From: Balamuthia mandrillaris
Lineage: Eukaryota
Assembly: GCA_031835245.2 (NCBI GenBank)
Contig: JAVKOQ020000011.1
Coordinates: 1-64,000, forward strand
Length of the DNA stretch: 64,000 bases
Reading direction: 5' to 3'
A program made the translations under genes and the position numbers. Under the pieces are notes generated by a model that had not been told where the DNA came from, made no database searches, and saw only the letters and a list, made by a program, of their open reading frames with translations. Positions 25,459-33,854 of the stretch are shown piece by piece. The number at the start of each line of letters is the position of its first letter. The stretch's first letter is position 1.

Positions 25459-26919
25459 TTAAGTCTTGATTTTAACCTCGCTGGCTATCTCCACGAGAAT
25501 GCCATTGATATCACGAACGTAGGCCACGACCTGTCCCCAGGGCAATAGCTTGGGGGCAGAGACGGAGATAGCGCCAGCGTCCACGGCGCGCTTGTAGTCC
25601 CGCTGCACGTCATAGCTGGAAAAGGCAATCTCCATGCCAGGGGGAGGCTTGTCGGGGTTGTTGGTGCTGAATTCCATGGGAGAGAGGTTTGTCTTGGCTA
25701 GATCGTTGGAGGCGAAGGAGAGGGCAGTCATGCCCGTGTCCATCTCCGCATACTGTTTGCTTTCGTGCACGAAGCGTCGCTTCAGCCCAAACGCCTTTTC
25801 GTAAAACTCCACCGTTCGTTCTACCTCCTTCACGTACAGTATCGTATAACCAAACTTCAGTTGAGTGCTTTGACGAGAGGAGCTGCTGCCCGATTTGGAC
25901 TTGGAGGCAGCCGAGGAGGAAGAAGATGGCGAAGAGGAAGAGGAGGAGGAACTGCCACCACCACTTCCAAGAGCAGCTAGCATGTGTCTGCTGCCAACAG
26001 GAAGAGGCTCCGCTGCCATCAACTTCTTCCTCTTGTGGGTGAGGGCCTTGTCCCCAATAGCTGGAAGCAAAGGTATCGGCACTGGTGGAAGCTGACCCCC
26101 GCCTGCAAGCGATGAGGAAGAAGCTGATGAGGAACTGCTAGTTGTGGTTGAAGAAGAGGAGGGTGGAGCAGAGGAAGAGGATGCTTTTTGAGAGGAAGCT
26201 GGCAGGATTGGTACAACAGGCGCCTGTGGGCGTGGTCGCAGAGGTAAGTTGAGAGGGCTGGAGGAGGAGGCCGAAGTGGAGGAAGAGGAAGTGTCTGCCT
26301 TTTGCCCTGTAGCGGCAGGGACCTGTACATTGGCGACTTCAGAGGAAGAGGAGGAGGGAGAAGAAGAAGAGGAAGGCGGAGAGCTAGTTGGAGCGGAAGG
26401 ATCCAAAGATTTGCGTTTTCTGCCGGCTCCCTTTCGGCGTCCTCCTCTGCCCTTTTTCACAGGCTTCTCTTGCCCTGTTGCTGCTGAGTTAGTAGTGGTA
26501 GCGGCGGTGGAAGTAGCTGGCGTTTTGCTCAAAGAAGAAGCAGAAGTGGAAGGGGTAGCAGTGGTTGTTGTGGATGAAGAGGGGGAGTCTGTTGAAGAGT
26601 TGTCGGTGGTTCGCTTGCGCTTTGCGGCTCTGTCGGTTGTGTCCTCCGACTCTTGCGAGGAGGGCGTCTTGCCCTTGCTTGTGGCTGTGGTGGCGGGGGA
26701 CATCCCTCTTGGTGTCGCCCCGGTGTGCTTGTCATTCGCAGGGAGTCCTTTCTCCTCCCCTTCTTCTCCTTCCTCTGTAGTCATTTTTCTTTTCTTCGTC
26801 TCAGCGGAGGAGGAGTTGCCGTCCGAAGAAGAAGTTCGGAGAGGGCTTCCTCCACTTTCTTCCCGTTGGTCTCTGGCGGTACCAACCGCAGTCGGCTCTT
26901 TCCGCTGCTCAACACTCAT
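25459..26919 (-). CDS. VOC/glyoxalase-domain protein with long Ser/Thr-rich basic N-terminus
   Basis: Single 486-aa ORF; C-terminal FGYTILYVKEVERTVEFYEKAFGL...PWGQVVAYVRDINGILVEI; N-terminal KKGRGGRRKGAGRKRK. Confidence 0.85.
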   Translation of the reverse strand: MSVEQRKEPTAVGTARDQREESGGSPLRTSSSDGNSSSAETKKRKMTTEEGEEGEEKGLPANDKHTGATPRGMSPATTATSKGKTPSSQESEDTTDRAAKRKRTTDNSSTDSPSSSTTTTATPSTSASSLSKTPATSTAATTTNSAATGQEKPVKKGRGGRRKGAGRKRKSLDPSAPTSSPPSSSSSPSSSSSEVANVQVPAATGQKADTSSSSTSASSSSPLNLPLRPRPQAPVVPILPASSQKASSSSAPPSSSSTTTSSSSSASSSSLAGGGQLPPVPIPLLPAIGDKALTHKRKKLMAAEPLPVGSRHMLAALGSGGGSSSSSSSSPSSSSSAASKSKSGSSSSRQSTQLKFGYTILYVKEVERTVEFYEKAFGLKRRFVHESKQYAEMDTGMTALSFASNDLAKTNLSPMEFSTNNPDKPPPGMEIAFSSYDVQRDYKRAVDAGAISVSAPKLLPWGQVVAYVRDINGILVEIASEVKIKT

Positions 26920-27076
26920 CGATCTCTTCTCTATCAGTCAGAGGAAATCCTCTTCACTCCACCAAAATAGGGGACAAAAAAATAATCTGGTAAAACGGGA
27001 GTAGCTGCAACGGTCAACTATCGCCAAGCGCAAGCAGCCCAACGGTAGCAGTCTTGCCGTTCTCCTCTTTTCCTGC

Positions 27077-27131
27077 TTGTTTTCCTTTTACTAATTTTGC
27101 TTTATTTTCGTTGTCCCATTGATCGGCTTGA
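27077..27131 (+). repeat. 55-bp direct repeat, left copy (identical to 29849-29903), upstream of the Fanzor gene
   Basis: TTGTTTTCCTTTTACTAATTTTGCTTTATTTTCGTTGTCCCATTGATCGGCTTGA is present at both sites. Confidence 0.92.
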
Positions 27132-27988
27132 TCTTGGCGCCGCCTTAGTCTTGCCGTTCTCCTCTTTTCCTGCTTGCTTGTGTTTTTGATTTTCTACCCC
27201 CCAATTTTTTTTTTGATTTTTTATTCGTCAGTGAAAATTGGTGGACACCGGAAGGCTGAATTTCCCGTTCTGGTTGTCCGGAGTGATGGGCTGAACTGGG
27301 ACATCAACGGGCACCGCAGTTTGCCAGCGAAAAATAGCCGTTACGGCGCGGCGCACTTGCTTCCTTTAAAAAAAAATCAGCTAAACAATTATGACCCCAT
27401 TGTTATTAAGGCGGCGGAAAGATCATAAGATCTAAGGACAACGAAAAAAGAAATCACGACATTAGTCTTTTGGGCCAATGAGCATGTTTCCCGCCAAAAC
27501 AACCCTTCCTTCTCCCACGCCTTTGAAGGCAAAGTGGTAGGGTGGGGTGTACGGAATGGATGCTCATGCTGCTGCTGCCGCCAATAAACTTTTGGTACTC
27601 GTCAGTCGCCTTGACATTTTTCTGCTACTCGTTTTCTTTTCTTCTCTTCTCTTCTTTTCATTTCTTTCTTTTCAAAAGTAAACACACAGACACACACACC
27701 ACGAAGCTCCACGCACCACCGTATTTCTCATTGCTACGCTTCTACTACACAAGGAGGAAACCAGCGGAAGGAGGCAGAGGTGGAAACCGAAGCGGTTCAG
27801 CCGCAGGCAGGGGCACTGCTCCGATTGAAAAGGTAGCGTTCTTTTTTCTCTGCTCGCTCACTACATTTTTTGATGATGGAAAAAAAATTTGTTACCAACC
27901 ACTCACTAATGATTTCTTTTGTTTAAAAAAGAACAGCATCACGAACCTCTGTGCGCCTCTTCCACAACGCTGCTGGAAGCTGGCCTGA

Positions 27989-29746
27989 ATGGCAAGTTGC
28001 CCACAGTGCGGAAAAAAGTTTGCTACCTCTCACGGGTTGGCCATCCACTTCGGTCGGGTCCACAAGGAAGGGGGTCGCGCCACTACTTCTGCTACTTCCA
28101 CTGCTACTCGGAAAAGAAGAGCGGAAAACGCCCCAGCGGCACCTCAGGCAAGGGCACAGAAGCGTGGAAGGCCGCAGGCTGCACCCGCCCAGCCCTTTTG
28201 GAACCAGTTTTCCAGCTTAATCGGGAGAAGATTAATACGCCCGGAAGCCTTGTGCTTGGAAGAACCCTTTGCCTGTGGTTCAGGATGGTTCACCGCCTGC
28301 AAGCACATTCCTAACGGAGAAAAGGTGTTGGAGGAGGAGGAGGAGAAGAAGGAGAAGGAGAAGAAGGAGGAAGAGGAAGAGGAGAAGGAGAAGGAGAAGG
28401 AGAAGGAGAAGGAGAAGGAAGAAGAGGAGAAAAACCAGAAAGGCTTGTTAGGCCTCATCGAGGGACTCGTTCCGTCTCGCCCAGCCGTACAGCTCACCAA
28501 AAAAGGCAAGAACGGAGAGGAGAAACCGGTAGTGGGGCGAGTGGAGAAGATCCGCCTTTATCCGCGCCCGGAACAAAAGAAGACGTTGGCCAAGTGGTTC
28601 GGCACAGTACGATGGACCTACAACAAGGCCGTGGAGTTCCATCGTGAACATCAAGGAATGCCTCGTGATGAGATGAAGGAACAAGTCAGGAAGAAATTCC
28701 TAAATAACAGCAATTTCAAGGGAGAGGACAAGAGCCTTGCGTGGGTGTTGGAAACTCCTCGATTCATTCGGAGTGACGCTGTCGATGATTTCTTCAACGG
28801 CGTGAAAAGCAGCTTGGCGGCGGGCAGAGGCACGACTGGATTCCAGATGAAGTTCCGTGGTAGGAAGGACAAGAGCCAGTCTCTCAGCATCCAAGCCAGG
28901 GAGTGGAACCACAACAGCTCTATCCGCCAACTCTTCTTCGGGGAGGCGCGAATCAAAGCGAGGGACAAGAACTACAAAGTTCCGTCAGAGGTGCTCTATG
29001 CCGTTCGTCTGGTGAAGGACACTCGACTGGGCCATTACTACCTCTGCGTGCCTCAGCCTTTGAAGCTCATGGGCGAGAGCCAAGCCCGTGAGCACCGAAG
29101 GAGAGAGGCAGGCATCATCGCCTTGGATCCAGGAGTGCGCACATTCATGACCACCTACAACGGCTGCGGGGAGGTCACCGAGTGGGGCAAAGCGGACATC
29201 AACGAGATAGGCAAGCTGTGCCACCGCCTGGATCGCATGCAGAGTAAGGGCACCAAGGTCAACCACAGACAACGGCGCCGTCTCCGAAGGGCCGCTGCTC
29301 GGCTTCGCCAGAGGATCCGCAACCTGGTGGATGACCTCCACAAGAAGCTCGTGTCTTGGTTGGTCAGGAACTTCTCCCTCATCCTTCTGCCAGAGTTCAG
29401 GAGCCAGCAGATGGTGCGGCGAGGCCACCGCCGCATTGGCTCGCGAACGGCCAGAGCCATGCTCACCTGGTCCCACTATCGCTTCAGGCAGAGGCTCCTC
29501 AACAAGGCCCAGCAATTTCCGTCCTGTACGGTCTGCCTCTGCGATGAGGAATACACCTCCAAAACCTGCGGCAAGTGCGGCCAAGTCCACCACCAGTTGG
29601 GGGGAAACAAGACCTTTCGGTGCCCTCAACCCGAGTGTGGCTACCAGGCGGATCGAGATGCCAACGCCGCCCGAAACATCTTGATCCGCTTTTTTACGTT
29701 GCAAGCACTTACCACCTCCTCCTCCTCCTCTGTGAGGGGGCGGTAG
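27989..29746 (+). CDS. Fanzor2 / TnpB-like (IS607-related) RNA-guided endonuclease with N-terminal C2H2 zinc finger
   Basis: 585-aa intronless ORF: HTH/WED KIRLYPRPEQKKTLAKWFGTVRWTYN; RuvC-I IIALDPGVRTF; RuvC-II ILLPEFRSQQM; MLTWSHYRFRQRL; EEYTSKTCGKCG..FRCPQPECG zinc ribbon; RuvC-III DRDANAARNI. Confidence 0.93.
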   Translation: MASCPQCGKKFATSHGLAIHFGRVHKEGGRATTSATSTATRKRRAENAPAAPQARAQKRGRPQAAPAQPFWNQFSSLIGRRLIRPEALCLEEPFACGSGWFTACKHIPNGEKVLEEEEEKKEKEKKEEEEEEKEKEKEKEKEKEEEEKNQKGLLGLIEGLVPSRPAVQLTKKGKNGEEKPVVGRVEKIRLYPRPEQKKTLAKWFGTVRWTYNKAVEFHREHQGMPRDEMKEQVRKKFLNNSNFKGEDKSLAWVLETPRFIRSDAVDDFFNGVKSSLAAGRGTTGFQMKFRGRKDKSQSLSIQAREWNHNSSIRQLFFGEARIKARDKNYKVPSEVLYAVRLVKDTRLGHYYLCVPQPLKLMGESQAREHRRREAGIIALDPGVRTFMTTYNGCGEVTEWGKADINEIGKLCHRLDRMQSKGTKVNHRQRRRLRRAAARLRQRIRNLVDDLHKKLVSWLVRNFSLILLPEFRSQQMVRRGHRRIGSRTARAMLTWSHYRFRQRLLNKAQQFPSCTVCLCDEEYTSKTCGKCGQVHHQLGGNKTFRCPQPECGYQADRDANAARNILIRFFTLQALTTSSSSSVRGR

Positions 29747-29848
29747 GCGGTAAGGTTGCTTTGGTGCCGGCACCGTTGCTTATAGCGAGTCGTAAGATAA
29801 GCCGTGATTAGGCACGCCGGAGGTGGGTTATTTTTTGTGTCTGTTTTT
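29700..29848 (+). ncRNA. Putative Fanzor omegaRNA scaffold and guide (boundaries inferred)
   Basis: GC-rich segment right after the stop with pairing potential (GTGCC 29764-68/GGCAC 29811-15, GCTTAT 29778-83/ATAAGC 29797-802, palindrome GGTGCCGGCACC 29763-74), then an abrupt switch to T-rich sequence at 29828. The position matches known TnpB/Fanzor omegaRNAs. Confidence 0.55.
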
Positions 29849-29903
29849 TTGTTTTCCTTTTACTAATTTTGCTTTATTTTCGTTGTCCCATTGATCGGCT
29901 TGA
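29849..29903 (+). repeat. 55-bp direct repeat, right copy
   Basis: Identical to 27077-27131; followed by AGCTAAACAATTAT (29906-29919), which is also found at 27379-27392. Confidence 0.92.
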
Positions 29904-29978
29904 CAAGCTAAACAATTATTAATAATGATGGGGAGGAGGAGGGGTTAATGAGAATAGAAGAAGGGGGCCGCGGCGGGG

Positions 29979-31026
29979 ATGGAAGGGAAGGCAGCAGGAG
30001 AGAAGAGCGATCTTAGCGTGCAACTTCGCTACTTTGCATGTAGGGGCAGAGGTCAGGGCTTGCGCTACATCTTGGTTGATGCTGGTCACCCCTTTGAGGA
30101 AGCGGTAGTGTCCGCCCTAGGTGAGACATGGAAAGCCAAGAAGGAGGCCCAGAGTTTCAGTGGTTCGTTAGATGTTTTTTTTTTCCCCCTTGTGCTATTT
30201 GCCTTTGTTAAAAACTATTTCCCTTTTTTAAAAACCCACAGCTCACCTCATCGTTGTCCATGAGAACAGGCCCCTTTGGTTCCCTTCCTGTACTTCAGTG
30301 GGGCGACTACACTGTGGCCCAAACGGAGGCCATAGCCCACTACCTCGGCCAAAAGCTGAACTACTACGGCAGTGACACCTCCCCCGAACAAACATGTAAA
30401 GCGGGCATGCTCGTATCAGCGGCCTACCAAGACCTCATCCAACCTTTTCTCGTACGTCATGCGCACACATTTTGTGCGTGGCTGTCCCCTCCCTCACCTT
30501 TGAGTTGTTAATGGCAAATGTAGGCCCTCTTTTGGAGCCCAATTCGAGCCAAGGGCAGCGATACGAAGGACTTGTTGTCCCAGTTTTATAACGTCAAAGT
30601 GAAGGACTTGTTGCCACGGTTCCAGGCATTGCTGGGCGACAAGCCGTTCTTCATCGATGAGGAGAGACCCACCATCGCCGACTTTTTTGTGTTTGAAGGT
30701 TTTTGTTCTGCATTATCATGACACCATACTCCTAGTACTTAACTCTACCTCCACGCCACTCATCACCATCAACAACAGCACTGGATCTGTTGGGAACATG
30801 CCTTGGCCATGACAACCTTTTCCACAGCGACAAAGAGGAAGGATTGCAAAAGTTGAGGGAGTTTCATGGGAGGATGTTGAAGCGGCCCAATATTGCCCTC
30901 TACTTTGGCGGAAAGGGACCTTGCCCTCCCTTCTTCCGTCCCATAACGTTGTCCCCAGCGGAGGAAGAAGTGCAACACGTCATGGACGCCTTTGCTCTTG
31001 AGCTTGAAGCTGCTCGATCCTCTTAA
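29979..31026 (+). CDS. Glutathione S-transferase, multi-exon
   Basis: LRYFACRGRGQGLRYIL, PFGSLPVLQWGDYTVAQTEAIAHYLG, LLGDKPFF..PTIADFFVFE, RPNIALY. Confidence 0.88.
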
Positions 31027-31236
31027 GCATCTTCTTCATGAGCACTCTCTGCGGCTCTCTATCCAACAAACAGGAGTTCTATCATAAATAAAGCCGTACA
31101 AAAAAAATAAAAAAAAAAAGAGGAAAAGAGAGAGAAGATAGGAGAGAGCCTCAGTCAAAGTGCTGGCCTCCCTCGTCCTCGCTGTCGGAAGCCTTGTCCT
31201 TGAGCTTACCGTCCTTCGGGAGGATGGGATAGGACC

Positions 31237-32314
31237 CTATAAAATATCCACATGGATCAGTTGGTTGCTCACGCAGAGATGGAGAAGAGCGGAGGGAAGA
31301 AGAACAAGAGAGAGAATCACAATACCTGCTCGAACCATTTGAGGAGAAGGTGGGAACATGGTGCGAGTCATTTCCACAAACCAGTAAAGACTGAGGGCAT
31401 AGTGCACAATACAGGCGGAGAAGTAGGAAGCAATAAGGAAGAGAGGAGCTTGAGTGCGAGCAACAGGGATCTTCATCCACATCTGGGAGCTGAACCAGGG
31501 AATGCCAAACAGGCGGAATACCACATAGCCCACCCACCAAACCCACTTGTTGAACTTGTAGAGAGGCGTGTCTCTGTGGCCCGTGTGTGCCATGAAGCTG
31601 CGGATGTGAGCCGGCACATTGGTGAGGTACACCAGACCGGTCATCAACACGCCAAGGCTGGACATAGCCGTCACTGACCAGATGAGAGGGAACACCACCA
31701 AAAGCACCAAGTGGTGGATCACTCCCGACATCATCTTAATGTCGAGGCAGTTCTTGAGGTCGTAGAGCTCGTACCCTTGCAAGAAGGCAAAGTAGTGGAA
31801 CATGAGGAACAAGGTCTTGTCGGAAAGCTCCTTAGAGAGCTTCCAGTCGGTTGCGTCCCAATCTTTGTAGTAGTGTCGCAAGCTGTCTCCCTCTAGCGAA
31901 GTAGGGATGGCGATGAGCTCATGAGCGTCACCCTCCAGCGCGATCCTTACAGTCATAATCACGGTCCAGCCGATGAGGAACATAGCTACCACCCTGGAAG
32001 AGGTGGAAGGTCAGCGCCCTCGTTCAGCAAAACGGGGTTCAGAAGACAGAGAATAAGAAAGATTCAAAAGGAACCAACCGAGAGCTCCAGTCGACTCGTT
32101 GCATCTTGTTAAGGAGCTTGTAGCGCCCAAAGAAACGGAAAGAGAGAGCATCCACCACCAGGTAGAGAAGCTTGAAGCCCGCAAACCAGAACAAGGAGGC
32201 GATCCAGAGGGCCACCGTTCGCAGCAAATAGAGCTCGTTAAAGCTGGGGTTCTGGCCAACCCACGGAGTGCCTCGCACCACATTCTCTTCCACCCACTCT
32301 CTCCCGAAATCCAT
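31237..32314 (-). CDS. TLC (TRAM/LAG1/CLN8) domain membrane protein
   Basis: RVDWSSR, GYELYDL, VIHHLV, FRLFGIPW, ALSLYWF; several hydrophobic helices. Confidence 0.75.
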
Positions 32315-32644
32315 CTCTCTCTCTCTCTCTCTCTCCTCTCCGCGCTCGCTCCTCTCGACACCTCTTTGGGTTTTGCCTTTGCCTGTTGCTGTTGGGACAA
32401 GCTTGGCAAGGGGGAGGCGTTTTGCTTTTTTTAAATGAAAAAATAAATAAATAAATAAAACATAAATAAATAAATGGGAGGAGGAGGAGGAGGAGGAGGA
32501 GTGTCAAAAATGAGGGTGTTTTCTTTTTTTTTTTCGCGGCAGCTTCTCTCTCTCTCTCTCTCTCTTTTTTCCTCGGCGCCTTTCCCACCTATCAGCAGCA
32601 CACCAGCCAGCCGTTATTATGAATTCATTGGATGAGGAGGATGA

Positions 32645-33668
32645 TTAATGAAGTTTCCGCCTTATTGGTCGTTCTCTTTTTTCTTGTAGGCGCACCGCTG
32701 CGATAGAAACAAAGAGAGGATCTCTCGCGAGAGGATCCCCCGCACATCCTTCCAATCTCTTGCGTGCTTCTCCACAGGGTGCTTCGCTGTGGCGCTTATT
32801 ACTCCTGCCGCAGGCAGAGAGCGCGTTCCTCTTGGGTGTAGGCCCGCATGCCCAAGCCCAGGCAATCCACCAAGAGTTCCAGCTTCTCCGGTGCCTCCGA
32901 GAGCTGCTCTTGCTCTCGTAACTGGTCCAACTCGTCGCCAAAGGTGGCTGTCATGGCTCTCATGAAATACTGCCGAAAGGCCTCTTTTGCTGCCGGAGTC
33001 TCTTCCTTCTGTATTACAGGATATAGCGTGCAAGCACATTTTCGTTACTGTCCATGTTTCAGCGTGTGCTTGTTGTCTCTGTTTTTGTGGAATGGAGGGA
33101 CAAACCTGAGCGGCAGAAGAGGTCGTGGATTGTGGTGTGGTATCATCAGCAGGTAGGGAATGCATCTCACTCCATGCAGCACATGCAATCAGTTCCTTGT
33201 TCAGAGATAAAGTGCGAGCGCCAGTCGAATGACTGCGTGGTGGCGCCGCTTTCCAGTCCTTTCCACGTTTCAACAAAAAAAGTTAACTTTGTGATGAGAC
33301 CACCACTTCTTATTTCCGGGAGGAGAGCAGCGTTCAGATTATACCTTTTGCAACAACCGCAACAGTGCAGAGTTGGAGTGCATCAAGTGGTCGTCAAGAA
33401 GGGAACGCTCCCGCTCTGAAGTGGATTGCTCCTCCGCCAACATGCGGTATATGCCGTCCAACGTCAACCGCTCGTTCGTTTGTTGCTGCTTGTGTTGGGT
33501 GGGCTCTGCACTCTTTTTCTGCTGTGGACGCTGCTGCTCCGTGATACCCACGGGGCCACGTTTCCGGTCCTTCTGCTTGGTCTGGTCCGTGAGCCGCCCG
33601 CCCCCACGAGGAAGAGAGCGCCGTTTCCGCGGAAACCCCGCCGCGTTCTCCTCCTCGAGCTTGTTCAT
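32645..33668 (-). CDS. Hypothetical protein, multi-exon
   Basis: ORF segments MNKLEEEN...ALLRLLQKV and SRRHRRSWNSWW..CSACGR with plausible splice sites; no domain recognised. Confidence 0.4.
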
Positions 33669-33854
33669 GGTGCCGCTACCCACTTTCTTTTCTTCTTCTT
33701 CTTCGTTCTTATTTCGTGTCGTCACGAATAAAATTCTTCTGAGAAAAATCCACCACCAAAATACATTTTTCTTTGCCCACCACCGCCATACCACACCTCC
33801 AGACATACAGCCCGCGCAGCAGCCGCAGTAGAGGCAAACCACAACAGGCCGGTC

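Noticed and set aside
27400..27988. IS607 serine recombinase (TnpA) upstream of the Fanzor
   Set aside because: No YARVS-type resolvase motif in the listed ORFs; ORF 27542-27988 is low-complexity.
27989..29746. Cas12f / type V CRISPR effector
   Set aside because: No CRISPR array or cas1/cas2 nearby; motifs and eukaryotic context fit Fanzor/TnpB.
28985..29773. 262-aa antisense ORF over the Fanzor
   Set aside because: GC-rich antisense shadow with no recognisable domain.
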